64,000 bases of DNA from the human T2T-CHM13v2.0 reference genome, Homo sapiens (GCA_009914755.4 CP068257.2:25376001-25440000), one strand, 5' to 3'. Positions 48,501-62,987 are shown, counted from the stretch's first letter. A program made the numbers and translations. Notes: generated by a model not told the origin, from the letters alone.

Positions 48501-50565
48501 TCAACAGAGTACTGGAAGTCCTTGCCAGATCGTTCAGGCAAAAGATAGAAAAAAAGGTACCCTGATAGAAAAAGTAGAAGTCAAAAGATCTCTCTTCACT
48601 GATGACATAATTCTATATCTAGAAAATCCCAAATACTCCACTAAAAGACCTCTAGAACTGATAAATGACTTCAGTAGGGTTTTAGGATCCAAAGTAAATG
48701 CAGAAAAATCAGTAGCATTTCTATACACCAATAATGCTCAACCTTAGAGCCAAATCGATAACACAATTTCATTTACAATAGCCACACACTCACCCAAAAT
48801 AAAATACCTAGGAATACATATAATCAAGGTGGTGGAAAATCTTTACAAGGGAAACTACAAACACTGCTGAAGGAAATCATAGATGATACAAACAAATGGA
48901 AAAACATCTCATACTCATTAATTGGAAGAATCATTATGGTTAAAATGGCCATACTGCCCAAAGCAATCTACAGATTCAAGGCTATTTCCATCAAACTACC
49001 AATATCATTTTTCACAGAATTGGAAAAAAATTTTCTAAAATTCATATGGAACCAAAAAAGAGCCCAAATAGCCAAAGCAATTCTAAGAAAGAAAAACAAA
49101 GATGGAGGCATCACACTACCTGACTTCAAAAAATAGTTTATGGTTACAGTAACCCAAACAGCATGGTATTGGTACAAAAACAGACACATAGACCAATGAA
49201 CATAATAAGAACCCATAAGTGAAGCCACACACCTACAAGCATCTGATCTTCAATGATTTTGACAATAACAGGCAATAGGAAAAGAACTCTCTTTGAATAA
49301 GTAGTGCTGGAAAAACTGTCTAGCCATATGCAAAGAATAAAGCTTGACTCCCGTATTTCACAATATATAAAAATTAATACAAGATAAATTAGAGACTTAA
49401 CTATAAAACCAAAAACTATAAAATCCTAGAAAAGAATTTAGAAAAAACCATTCTGGGCACTGGTCTTGGCATTCATGACTAACACCCCAGAAGCAATTGC
49501 AACAAAAACAAAAATAGACAAGTGGGACCTAATTAAACTAAAGAACTTCTGCACATCAAAAGAAACTATCAACAGAGTAAAAAAACAACCTACAGAATGG
49601 GAGAAAATATTTGTAAACTATGCATCCAGCAATGGTCTTATATAAAAAACCTATAAGGAACTTAAATAAATAAGCAAAAAACAAACAGTCTCATTAAAAA
49701 ATAAACAAAAGAGATGAACAGACACATCTCGAAAGAAGACATACATGTGGCCAGGAAATATATAAAATAATTCTCAACAGCTCTAGTCATCAGAGGAAGA
49801 CAATCAAAACCACAATGTGATACCTACCATCTCACAGCAGTCTGAGTGGCTACTATTAAAAAGTCAAAAAATAGCACATGTTGGTCAAGCTGTGGAGACA
49901 AGGAATTGCTCATACACTCTTGGTGGAAATGTAAATTAATTCAGCCACTGTGGAAAGCAGTTTGGAGTTTTCTCACTGTGGAAAGCAGTTTGGAGTTTTC
50001 TCAAAGAACTTAAAACAGAACTTAAAACCATTCAACCTAGCAATCCCATTACTGGGTATATGCTCAAAGGAAAATAAATGTTCTACCAGAAAAACACACG
50101 TCTCAGATGTTCATTGTAACACTATTCACAATAGCAAAGACATACAATTAACCTAGGTTCCCATCACCATTGGGCCGGATAAATGTGGTACATATATATC
50201 ATGGAATACTGCACTGCCATATAAAAGAATGATATTATTTTTTGCAGCAACATGGATGCAGCTGGAGACCATCATCCTGAGCAAATTAATGCAGGGACAG
50301 AAAACCATACACTGCATGTTCTCACTTATAAATGGGAACTAAGCATTGAGTACAGATGAACATAAAGATGGGAACAACAGATTCTTGGGGCTATTTGAGG
50401 GGAGGGTGGGGGGAGGGTGAGTGTTGAAAAGCTATCTATCAGTCGCCATGCTCACTGCCTGCGTGATGGGATCACTCATACAGCAAACCTCAGTGACATG
50501 CAATTTGCCCATGTAACAAACCTGAACATGTACTCCCTAAAACTAAAATGAGTTGAAAAAAAATT
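45570..50565 (+). mobile_element. old L1 (L1M/L1PB-type), ORF1 to 3'UTR, degenerate
   Basis: ORF1-like (..GIIQENFPKLARGVDMQIQEIQRTT..), EN (..DLESHTGIVGDFNTPL..), the ORF2 segment between the EN and RT domains ([41 protein letters not shown]), RT (see next feature), C-terminal region ([50 protein letters not shown]) and a 3'UTR ending ..CTAAAACTAAAATGAGTTGAAAAAAAA. Confidence 0.8.
48250..48747 (+). pseudogene. L1 ORF2 reverse-transcriptase remnant
   Basis: 165-aa track ORF ...[30 protein letters not shown]...LFTDDIILYLENP...SKVNAEKSVAFLYTNN (FADD box present as FTDD). Confidence 0.75.
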
Positions 50566-51789
50566 TAAGATAGTTCTGAGAAATTCCCAGCAAACCTTTG
50601 GCTTGCTTGTTGGGTTTGTGAGTCTACACCCACTTTCTTTTTTACCTCTTTTACTTATTTCCCCTTTCTTCTCCAGAATGGTTTAGATGAACATATTCTG
50701 TCATATTCTATTTGCTTTTTCTTCAGTATTATACAACTTTTACACACATTAGACTGCATACCAAAGATATGTAAATATAGATTCTTCAACTATACACTTG
50801 TTCCATCATGTCCCAAATAAACCCATTTCTAAAAGCATTAACAAACTGGAATTTATCTGGAAGAGCTAATACAGATGGTTCTCTATTTTTCAAGTACAGT
50901 GAATTTTCTCTGGCAGTGAGGAATGGGAACATCCAACATCTGAGCTCATGGTGGCTCAGGCCACATGGAAGCTGCTGCCATGTTGCCTTGTCATCTGCAG
51001 CTTGGCATCACTTAATGGGTTCTTCATTTCTCTCTCATTTTGTGGGCACACTTCAGCAGTAGCTCAAGACACTCAACAGTTTGTATTCTACATTCATTTA
51101 TAATTGATCTTTGTAAAACAAATATAAGAAATTTAAGACCAGCTAATTGGCTGGTCTTAAAATGGGGAGATTATTCTGGATGATTCTGCTGGGCCCAATA
51201 TAATCAGAAGGATCCTTAAAAGTGAAAGAGGGAAGCAAAAGAAAAATCAGAGTTATGCAAAGTGAATAGGATTTGACCTGCTGTTGCTGGCTTTAAAAAT
51301 GGAGGAAGGCACCATGATCAAAGGAATACAGCAGCCTCTAGATGCAGAAAAAGAGAAGGAATCACATTCTCTTCTAGGACTTCCAGGAAGAATGCAGTCC
51401 TGCCAACAGTTTCTTTTTAGCCTAGTGATATCCAAGCCAGACTTCTGACCTGCAGAACTAGAAGATAATAAACATGTGTTATTCCAAGCCACTAAATTTG
51501 TGGTGATTTTTCACCACTGCAATGAAAAACTAAAATAGCATCATATGATTAGTGTCAATGAGAGGTTAAAACCAGCCAAAAGATGGAGAGACAATGTATG
51601 AGTACTTTTTTGAACTTAAAAGCACTATTGAAATAGAAGTCCATTCTTTACTGTAAAAAAGTAAAAACAACAAAAAGGATAATAATACTTAGTACTTATC
51701 TCATAAAGTTGTAATAAACATTAAGTATTCCCCTTTCTCTTGAATATAAAACAAATATATAATAGGTCAGGTGTGTGTATGTTTATATA

Positions 51790-51960
51790 TATAAATATAT
51801 AATATATAAAAATATGTTTATAAATATATAAAAATATATGTTTATAAATATATAAAAATATATGTTTATAAATATATAAAAATATATGTCTATAAATATA
51901 TAAAAATATATGTCTATAAATATATAAAAATATATGTTTATAAATATATAAAAATATATA
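51790..51960. repeat. AT-rich minisatellite, 24-bp unit (TATGTTTATAAATATATAAAAATA) x about 6-7
   Basis: Read directly. The minus-strand ORF 51721-51969 shows an 8-aa periodicity (HIFLYIYK/R), as expected for translation of a 24-bp repeat. Confidence 0.8.
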
Positions 51961-52463
51961 TAAATACATATAAAATATATAATATTTATGAATATATAAA
52001 TATATAAATAAACAAGTATATACAGATATATAATTCAGTATTCAATTAGGAAAGCAGAAAAATTCCACATAAATATAATATTGAACACTAATTACACAGG
52101 TAAGGGAAGAACTGGGAAGCCAAACAGGAAATGCTGAGACACTCTAGAGATTAACAAGAGCGGGAAGTCACCAGTACCCCCAGGGCTAGAAGGGCAACAG
52201 AAGGAAGTGGCATTCCCAAACCCCAGATTCTGGTCATCCCACGGAGGCCATACCCTCCATGGGTGCTGGTGTGTGGTGCAGACTGTGTACCAAGCAAGAG
52301 CTGGAGTTTGAAAGGAGATGCTGCTGTCCAAGAGAAAGAGAAGGAGAATTGTCCTGTCTTCATCTTTCCTTCCATCATCTAATCTCACATCAGTGCCACC
52401 CGTTGGTTGAATCCAGCAAGAAACCAGCTGAAGTAAGTGCCTGGGAAGTGTAGCCCTCCTGTC

Positions 52464-52850
52464 AAGAAAATGTGGCACATATACACCATGGAATACTATG
52501 CAGCCATAAAAAATGATGAGTTCATGTCCTTTGTAGGGACATGGATGAAATTGGAAAGCATCATTCTCAGTAAACTATCACAAGAACAAAAAACCAAACA
52601 CCGCATATTCTCACTCATAGGTGGGAATTGAACAATGAGATCACATGGACACAGGAAGGGGAATATCACACTCTGGGGACTGTTGTGGGGTGGGGGGACG
52701 GGGGAGGGATAGCATCGGGAGATATACCTAATGCTAGATGACGAGTTAGTGGGTGCAGCGCACGAGCATGGCACATGTATACATATGTAACTAACCTGCA
52801 CAATGTGCACATGTACCCTAAAACTTAAAGTATAATTAAAAAAAAAAAAA
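52464..52850 (+). mobile_element. young L1PA 3' fragment (ORF2 C-terminus plus 3'UTR plus A-rich tail)
   Basis: KKMWHIYTMEYYAAIKNDEFMSFVGTWMKLESIILSKLSQEQKTKHRIFSLIGGN, then ...GGGAGATATACCTAATGCTAGATGACGAGTTAGTGGGTGCAGCGCACGAGCATGGCACATGTATACATATGTAACTAACCTGCACAATGTGCACATGTACCCTAAAACTTAAAGTATAATTAAAAAAAAAA. Confidence 0.85.
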
Positions 52851-54056
52851 GAAAAGAAAATTGCACCAGGAACAAAAAAAAAATAAGAAAAAAATAAAAA
52901 AATAAAAAATAAAAAGGCACATCAGTTTAGAAAAAAAAAAAAAGAGGGAATAGGGAGTTACTGTTTAACATGTACAGAGTTTTAGTACAGGATGATGAAA
53001 AACCCTGGAGATGTATAGTGGCGATGATCAATGTGAATGTACTCAATGCCTCTGAACTGTACACTTAACCATGCTTAAAATGGTACTTTTTATGTTATGT
53101 ATATTTTACCACAATAAAAATCAATTAAAAAAAAACCAAAGGGAAGCAGGGGAAAGGAGAGAAATAAGAGAGAAAGAAAAAAAGTGGGTACAAAAATAGT
53201 CCTTACATATTGCCTTGTTGTGAGGATTAAACTATCTGAATTGTGTGAAGCACTAATATGGCACTCATTAGCGTGTATTCAGTTGATGTTTGCTATTGTT
53301 ATTATTGCCTTAGCTCTAATTACACAATTAAAGTAATGAAAGTGATGCTTAAAACTTCTCACATAACCTAGGATTGTAAACCATTCTAAATGCTTTCCAA
53401 TCTATTATAGTTTCCTCTAGAGGGACATTATCATGTGCTGAGCTTTATTAGGCAACAAAACATTGCTGAAGGGTACACCAGAGACAACTTGATGAACGAG
53501 ATACAAAGCTAGCGTAATGTGACAAGTGCAAACAAATCTTCCCCTCACTCAGCTCTATCATCTTGCTTTGATCACATGTTGGTGAACTCTACAAATAACT
53601 TTTAAATTATCTTTTGAGAAAATTTAATAATCGTGCTTGGGCTGTCTCCTGAGTTTATTTAAGAAACTTATCTACTATATTGTCAGCATGGAAAACTTAA
53701 TATCTTGCCAACTAAAATATACTTGTAAGTCATTGGTAAAGTGTTTAATTTCTGTCTTGTTGCATGTCTGTGTTTGGTGTTTGCAGTTAAAAAGACTCCT
53801 ACATAGTCTTTAATTTCATTTCACTTTTCATCCTTTTAAGACATCTACATCATGTCTGAGATTCTAGCTTATTTTAGGTCATGGAAAAATTCCTGTATGT
53901 GTATACTGAACAGACTCTCATGTTTATCCTTCTGTATTTTTGCTGAGCTCTAGAACCATATTTAGTTACTCAGTGGGGATTTCTACTCAGTTTTCCAACA
54001 GTAAATCATGCTTACAAGGCAACACATCATTGTTAAGCACAAATCTTCTGCTTTTG

Positions 54057-54131
54057 ACCATGGCACATGTTTGCCTATGTAACAAACCTGCACATTCTGC
54101 ACATGTATCCTGGAACGTAAAGTAAAAAGAA
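54057..54131 (+). mobile_element. 75-bp L1 3'-end micro-insertion flanked by a perfect 16-bp target-site duplication
   Basis: ACCATGGCACATGTTTGCCTATGTAACAAACCTGCACATTCTGCACATGTATCCTGGAACGTAAAGTAAAAAG (similar to the L1 3' terminus AGCATGGCACATGTATACATATGTAACTAACCTGCACAATGTGCACATGTACCCTAAAACTTAGAGTATAAT). Flanked by AAATCTTCTGCTTTTG at 54041-54056 and again at 54132-54147. Confidence 0.65.
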
Positions 54132-55350
54132 AAATCTTCTGCTTTTGCTCCTGTAATTTATATCTTGGTGAATGAAATCATCTTCCCCCTCCTAAAATCA
54201 GAAAGAGTCATAATAATGTCCCCCACTCACTTCCTCTTTTTCTTTCTCCTGACCCCATCCAAACAGTCAGTACATTGTGAATCCACCTTGTTCAAAAGTC
54301 TCCAATCTACTTCATCTTCTCATTTCCACAACCACTGTCTTAGTTCACTCTCATGCCACCCGTTACCCAGCAGACTCCCTAAGATATTGATCTTATCTCC
54401 TTGCTTCCAACATGACCCTTTTCCCATCTAGTCTCTAGTGTACAATTAGAATATTTTCACACACACACAATTACAACTTTTCCAAATTTAGAAGTATTTG
54501 CTTGTTTCCTATGGTTTCTAGTTAAATTTCAAAATATTAGGCTAATATGCAATGCTGATGAAATTTGTCATTGATGAACTCTATAGCATTATATCCTGTA
54601 TGTACGATTTATAGCAACAATATGAAATTACTTTTATTACTCTAAGTAGCATCCCTTCCTCAAGAATGTCTTTTCTGCAAGAGCTATCTTACTTAGATGC
54701 TTTTTTTCCTTGAATATTCCTATCACTGCAATCATCAGACAGTGCTTTCTTAGTTTTTACATGTGTGCATCTTACTTATTTGACTATAAGCTATTTAGAG
54801 GCAAATACCATGGTTCTAGATGTTTCTATTGCAAGTACCTCAAACTATGGTATCCAATATGGTAGTCACTAGTCACATGTCTGTTGAGAACTTGAAATGT
54901 GGCTGGCCCAAGTTGAAAGGTGATATAAGGGCAAACTACCCACCAGATTTTGAAGACCCAATATGCAAAATTAAAAAATATATTATTTTTATATTTGATT
55001 GCATGTTAAAATAATATTTGGGGCATATTAGATTAATGTTATTGCTAAAATTAATTTCATCTGTTCTTACTTTTTTATGGCTCCTACAAAATTTAAATGA
55101 CATACGTGGCTGACATTTGTGATTCTCATTAAATGTCTATGAGATGGCACTGTCACAGAATAGAACAGGATCAAGAAGCATTCACAAGTGAAAACAGGCC
55201 TTTGAAGGAACACTCTGGAAAAAGTCTAGGCATTTAAACAAGATCGAGAGTGCAAACTAAAGTAGAAAAGAAAAAGAAAAATAGACCACATACTCAGCTT
55301 TGCAGTTGAGATTGAGTCGTCTAGGAAGGAGCAGCTAGAAGTCCACATAA

Positions 55351-55655
<305 letters not shown>

Positions 55656-56057
55656 CACATAAGTTGTTTTAAGCTTATTTGTCCTGGAGATGAATCTGAA
55701 TTTTGATTCTGAATCTTGTGTGTATGGGAAAGATTTTTGAAACAGGTGAATATGAGCTACTTAAACATGGAAGAGTGATACATAAATTGTTCTGGAGCCA
55801 CTTAAAGACTCTTAAAAAATAGCTGCCAAATAAATTTTTTGAAAAACAATACACCCACAATGACAAATAGAAGGGGGTAGCAGATAATAGTAATAACATT
55901 TTGGAAAAAGAAATCAGAGAGATAAGTAGTTAATAAGCAATGTGTAAGTAGAAGAATATCTCAAAGATATTAATATTCCAAGAGGGAAAACAAAACATGA
56001 ACCAAGAAATGTGTCTTATGAAGCACTTCATAAAATATGAAGAAACTCTTGGAATTT

Positions 56058-56169
56058 CTTGAACCTGAGAGGCGGAGGTTGCAGTGAGCTGGGATTGTGC
56101 CATTGCACTCCAGCCTGGGCAACAGAGCAAGACTCCATCTAAAAAAAATAAATAAATCAATAAATAAAA
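56058..56169 (+). mobile_element. Alu 3' fragment (right-arm end plus AAAT-rich tail)
   Basis: CTTGAACCTGAGAGGCGGAGGTTGCAGTGAGCTGGGATTGTGCCATTGCACTCCAGCCTGGGCAACAGAGCAAGACTCCATCTAAAAAAAATAAATAAATCAATAAATAAA. Confidence 0.8.
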
Positions 56170-56407
56170 GCTCTTGATGTTAAAAATATGCTGATATAAA
56201 TGAAAAACTGAGTGGAAGAAATGGAAGATAACATTGAAGATAGCTAGAAATCAGAGCAAACAGAGACAGAAAACAGAAAAGAAGATAAGAAAATTAGATG
56301 ATTTGCTTAGGAGAGCCTAATAATAGGAGTAACAGAATGAAAAAGTTGAGAAAACAGAGATAAGAAAATTATCATAGAAATATATTTTTAAAATATATTC
56401 ATTACTA

Positions 56408-56725
<318 letters not shown>

Positions 56726-58681
56726 TTTTTTTCTAATTAATAGGGTCCCAAATGTCTTACACAATAAATGCAAATAGACCCAGACCAAGAAACATAATTA
56801 AAATTTTAGAATAGTGGAGGCAAAGAGAAGCCTCTAGAAGCTTCTAGAGAGAGTTTTATGCAAAGAGTAAAATATCAGAAGGCCATCACACTTCTATTAA
56901 TAGAACACTGGAACCCTGAAGACACAGGCGACATATTTTCACCTTCTTAGCACAAATAATCTACAACAAAACTGTTAAGCCAAATATCTAGTGTGGGTTT
57001 ATGGATAAGATAATTTAAGAACTAAAAAAAAAAATATTGTCTATGATCCTTTTACCTTTCTCAGGAGGTTGTGTTCTGCTAAAGTCAAGAAGAAAACCAA
57101 GAAACAGGAAACCATGAGATGTAGCAGAAGAGGGAGGCAAAGTAAAATCCTAGGAAGATGCAACAAAAGTATCAAGACCACAGCAAGCCTAGATCAACCA
57201 GTCCAAGTCTGAAGGCCTGAGGACCAGGAGCACTGATGATGTAAGTCCCAGTCCAAGAGCAGAAGCCTGATGTCCCAGTTCACATAGTCCACAGAGAGCA
57301 AATTCTCCCTCCTCTGCCTTTTTGTTTTATTCCAGCCACTCAACAGATTAGATGATGCCCATCCACACTGTGGAGGGCAATCTGCCTTACTCAGTCTGCT
57401 AATTCAAGTCCTAATCTTACCTGGAAACATCCTTGCAGACACACTCAGAAATAATGTTTTAACATCTGGGCACCCCATGACCCATTTAAGTTGATGCATA
57501 TTTTTAACCATCACAGATTCAATTACAAAGTAATCCATTAAAAGAGTTTAATATGTATGCTTCTGGAGAGGACAAAAATAATGAAAATATTAAGCATCTA
57601 CTCTTTCTCATAACCTGTCTTACAGAACTCTTTGAGTTTTAAAAAATGACTTAACATGTATGAGTAAATATGACTAATTAACAAAATGTGTATGTATGCA
57701 AGTCCAGAAGCACTGCACAGTTAGAGCATATAGATAGTTAAATGAGGACAAAAAAATCTGTAAACAAAGTCCAGTTTATAATACATACCAGTTCATGAAA
57801 AATCAAGCAGTCTCAACATGGTGCTAGAAAGCTCATTTTCTGATTTTAGGAAGAACCATGGTTCCACACTCAAACTTCAGCTGGTTGGGTTTAAAACATC
57901 TTTTTCAGTTTTGTTTACACATTATCAATAAGTAAATGTGGCTTACATGAAACTTTACAGAGTTTATAATTTGTACAAATTTTGATACACAGTATATGTG
58001 AAATATGTCTTCACAATAGCAAGGTAGACCTATATATAAGCCTGCTGTAAGGCACCTATTATCAAATAATAGTAGGAAACATTACTGAAGATTTTGGAGG
58101 TGTGTGGCATTGCCATCAACCACTGATTTATGTATTTTCTCATTCAGTAATCCCATGAAATAGAGTGAGCTGTGTGTATCATTGATAGGAAGTTAAAGCT
58201 CAAGAAATAAAATAATTTGCCCAAAGTCCTGCACCTGCTTTTGATCCCTGAGCTGTAAAGACTCTTCTAAATGGGTGGTGATTGTTTCATAGTAATCATT
58301 TTAAGAGGTGTTACATTTACTTCGCTGATACTGCTACTATTGTTAAATCATAAAAAAGTGTAACAATTTACATTCGGAAACGTTGTTCCCATCATTCTTG
58401 AATATTTTCAGCTGGCAGATATTTCGGTCTTTGAGAATGGATTTGATTTTTCTTTAATAGACAAAATTCAATTGGAGTGAAGCCTGATAAACTAAATTAA
58501 TAATTAACTTGAGAAATGTTTTCTTTTTTGGTCAAAAGCTGCATTTGTGAATAAAAGGTATGTTTTGTAATTAGTAACTTTGCTAGGAAGGCATTTCTCA
58601 AAGAACTCCAAATATGTGGTATGTAGATGATGTCATGAAAGTGTGTACAGCTTTGCATAGCAATATTCTGAATGACATTTG

Positions 58682-58731
58682 AATGCATTTCTCTCCCTCT
58701 CTCTCTTTCTCTCTCTCTCTAATTTATCTAT
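58682..58731. repeat. (CT)n-rich tract
   Basis: tctctccctctctctctttctctctctctctaatttatctatctattcattcat. Confidence 0.75.
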
Positions 58732-59279
58732 CTATTCATTCATCCCTCTGTACTTGTTAAAAATTCCATGCATTTAGGAGTACATGTGCCATCATACTCA
58801 TCAAGAACTTGCATTAGGGAAATTTATGTATATTTCTGGAGGACACGTCTTTTCTTCCCAGTCTCGGTCATACTTGCTTTGCCTTGCATTCCCTAGCACT
58901 CTGTGTTTGTGTTGTACCATGTCCATAAATGCTTACTGCTGTGAAGGGATCCACTATGAAAGGCATAAAAACATTCTACATTTTTGCACTAAAAATACTA
59001 AAAAATATTTGGAAATACTTGGAAATGGATTGTTGTTGTCCCTCCTTTTTCGTAAACATACCTAAAAAGAGTGAGGTTGCATCCCAGAGGGTATTTCTCA
59101 GAAGCTGGGTCTTCTGCTTGCTTATAGGGTCCAAAGTTCTCCTTGAAAGAGAAATGACTGCTACACTGTCACTTTCTAAAGAAGAGTCTTAGTTTTAAAA
59201 TTTCTTGGTCACTTTTGTTCAGAGTTTGGTTTACTGAGCTGTAGAGTACCTGTAGAGCATACATTTTGTTTTAGCCTAT

Positions 59280-59710
59280 TAGATGGTTAATATTGAGTGT
59301 CAACTTGATTGGACTGAAGGATACACAGTATTGATCCTGGGTGTGTCTGGAGGGTGTTGCCAAAATACATTAACATTTGAGTCAGTGGGCTGGGGAAAGC
59401 CGTTTCACCCTTAATCTGGTGGGAACAAGATAATCAGCTGCCAAGGAATATAAAGCAGGCAGAAAAAGGTGAAAAGGGGAGACTGGCCTAGCCTCCCAGC
59501 CTACATCTTTCTCCGGTGCTGGATGCTTCCTGCCTTCCAACATCACACTCCAAGTTCTTCAGTTCTGGGACTTGGACTGGCTCTCCTTGCTCCTCAGCTT
59601 GCAGACAGCCTATTGTGGGACCTGTGATTGTGTAAGTTAATTCTTAATAAACTCCCCTTTATATGTGTATCTATCCTATTAGTTTTGTCCCTCTAGAGAA
59701 CCCTAATACA
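59280..59710 (+). mobile_element. ERVL-class solitary LTR, same family as the provirus LTRs
   Basis: TAGATGGTTAATATTGAGTGTCAACTTGATTGGACTGAAGGATACACAGTATTGATCCTGGGTGTGTCTGGAGGGTGTTGCCAAAATACATTAACATTTGAGTCAGTGGGCTGGGGAAAG ... TAGTTTTGTCCCTCTAGAGAACCCTAATACA. Collinear with 34318-35010 and 40987-41518. Confidence 0.55.
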
Positions 59711-61692
59711 GGCTGTTAATTAATTTTATTGAATTTCTCCATAAAACAATGATTTTAAAGAACAAACCTGAATGAATATTAAATCCTAAAGTCCTCATTA
59801 TTTGAATACAATAAATTATTTTACTTTGTTGGTTAAATGAGATCTAGCTAAAGCTTAATCACACTATTTAAGGAAAGAAGAGACGTGCGACCAAGAAGTC
59901 AGAAATACTTCCTGGAAATTGCTTCTTTTGATTTTGCCATTTCATCATGCAGCATGGTGACAGGTTCCTGGGCCTATTGCTGTGACAGCATGATCACGAG
60001 GCAGCATGTGCACTTGGCTCACTGTGACAATCATCCTAAGCCAATTATCCGCACATGATGAAATGCTCATCCTCAACGCTATTTCAATAGTGATTCAGAA
60101 CCTATCTACTCATTTCCTAGTGCTCTCTTTCTATCCTGGTTTTCCTTTCGTCAGAAGTGATGTAAATAAAATACTTTGAGGTTTCTGGAAAGGAGAAAGG
60201 AGTTTATGTTAATATCCTTCTAATTTTCAGCCCTTAGTGCAGAATTCCAAATTATGGCTGAAACTTTGGGAGGTCAGCTAGATGCCTGCTTTGTGTTTTT
60301 ATTACTCCCTTCCGGACGTACGTGCTTATTTCAGAGATATTTTGTAATCTCTGCTCTTACTCAGAAACTAAGTGGCAAGGAAGCAACCTTAACCATAGAA
60401 CCCTTTAATAGCAAGAGAAAAGATTTTGCTAGAAAGACTAATCATTTAATAAAGGTAATTATCTCTGGTATCTATTAACTTCAGTAGTCTGAATTCTAGT
60501 TTATACCTCAGAATTAAAGTTTACACCTCATGATTAGACTCTGCATGATTCCTCATTCACTGAGAATGGCTCTCCAGAGAACATTGCCTGGCTAGAATAA
60601 TGAAGCTTTCTATCCTCAAATACCAGAGATAAAAAAGCACAAGGAAAAAGACAGATATATCTCATACACAGGTGAACTATTCTATGTAAAAGATAAGTTG
60701 AAATTTTCTACCCAGCTTTCATTTCCAAGTCCTGGTAGAGACAGAAGTATTTGACCTGGCTGAAAAGCAAGCTGACTTAAGGGGTATGATTATGTCGTAC
60801 TTTGAACAATGTGGCTTAAACCATTATTGGAAGTTGGTACAAATAAACCTCATAATTTGAGAAAGATTGGAAAATATAAGGCCTTCGACAAAATGCTCAC
60901 GCAGAGAACTTTTCCATCTTGTACTTCTCCTTAACTGCTTCTACTCTTGCCTTGTCCCTGTCTTCTATCACAAAGGGATCATGATCTGTAATTGATATGC
61001 TAACATTTGGATGGCAGCAAAGGCTTAATGAATTATTCCTTCTGGACAGTTTTTGAAGGTCAACGTTCTTCAGGATCTTAAGCTAAAAGATGAGTCAGGG
61101 GACATGTAAGCACCGCTGAGAATATTCTTGGTCAGAATTTTTAGAGAAAATATGTCCCATGTCAGAAACACAAGGACACACATTACATGTCTCCCCTTTG
61201 CTTTCAGAGGAAGGAATATTTCCTCTGCTTCTCTTTGTTTTCAGACACAACCTGCACTTTATAGCCATTCTCTTAGGAACAAAGAATATATAAAGGAAAT
61301 AAAGCACACGGTCTCTTTGCTTTCGGAAAGCTATTTGTGAAAGTTATTTGCATATATTTTTCTCTTCAGGAGAGTTTAGAAATCACTGGAGAATTGCTTT
61401 GTGCTTTAATGGACAGTGGAGGGATTTAGTAATCAGAGAGATGGGGCACTGAATCCCAGCCCAACAGCTAACTGGCTTTGTGATTGGTCTCAGTTTGAAT
61501 GTCCTCATCCATAATAAAAGGATGATAGAGATCCTAACAAGGTCCTTCTGAGCACCTGCCAGCAGACAGCCTTTGGACTGGAACGGAAACATCAATTCTT
61601 CCCTGGGTCTAAAGTCTGCAGGCCTAACACGTAGATTTTTAGACTTGCTAATCCCCTCCATAATTGCATAAGGCCATTCCTAAAATAAATCT

Positions 61693-61790
61693 TTCTCGCT
61701 CTCTCTCCCTCTCTCTCTTTCTCTGTCTCTCCACACACACACAAACACACACACACACATGCATGCATGGACACACACACTCACATCCTA
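61693..61790. repeat. (CT)n then (CA)n compound microsatellite
   Basis: tctttctcgctctctctccctctctctctttctctgtctctccacacacacacaaacacacacacacacatgcatgcatggacacacacactcacatcc. Confidence 0.85.
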
Positions 61791-62677
61791 TTGGTCTGTT
61801 TCTTCAGAGACCCCTAAGTAACACAGATTTTGGAAGCAAGACCACTGATATTTGATAGATCTTAATTAAACTCTCATTTTGTCACATTTGTAATGTCTGA
61901 GAAGGATGATGGCTATCTTTTTTCCTTTATTCATTTTTACATCCTCAGTTTATGTCAGAAAGGTGACAAAACTGGATGAACACCTGAACTCAAATAAGTC
62001 TTAGGAGTCAATAATGAAGTATAAGAATAATTTATTGGGCGCCTACCAGATACCTGACTTCCTACTTGTTGACCCAGAAATTATATTGATTTATACGCAT
62101 ATCAATATATATGAATCAATATCATTCAAAATGAATGATTCAATTGTCCATTCACTCACTGATAAGCTCAACAAACATTAAATGAGTCACAATTATGTAT
62201 CAGTGTGTTACTTGCAGAGGATGCATGAATAATTCTCTAGTGGAAAGATGCATACATAAATCATTACGATAATCCTCGCAATTAACATTTGATGAGTTCT
62301 TACTAAGTGCTGTGCTCTTTGCTAATCCTTTTACATGAATTATGTTATTTACACCTCAGAATGACTTTACGAGACAGGTGCTATTATTATATCAATTTTA
62401 CAAATGAGTAAATAGGACACAGATGAAGGAACTTGTTTAAGGTCAAGTAGCTGGTTAGTATTTACAGCAGAGGCTCTGAAGCCTCTTAGACACTTTGATC
62501 TCAGCTGGGGGATAAAGGACATATGAGCAGTTTGAAGCCTATGAGTATGAATCAAGTTTCACAGATGAGATCATCTTTGAGCTTGGAGGGTGGGAGAAAA
62601 TAAAGAAGGACAGATTCATAGGACCCGGGCCAGAAATGGCTTTATTTTTTACACCATCATGTGGAAGGAAACGATAG

Positions 62678-62987
<310 letters not shown>

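Noticed and set aside
51790-51960. Regular direct repeats that might be taken for a CRISPR array
   Set aside because: The 24-bp AT-only units have no unique spacers, the genome is primate, and there are no cas genes. It is a minisatellite.
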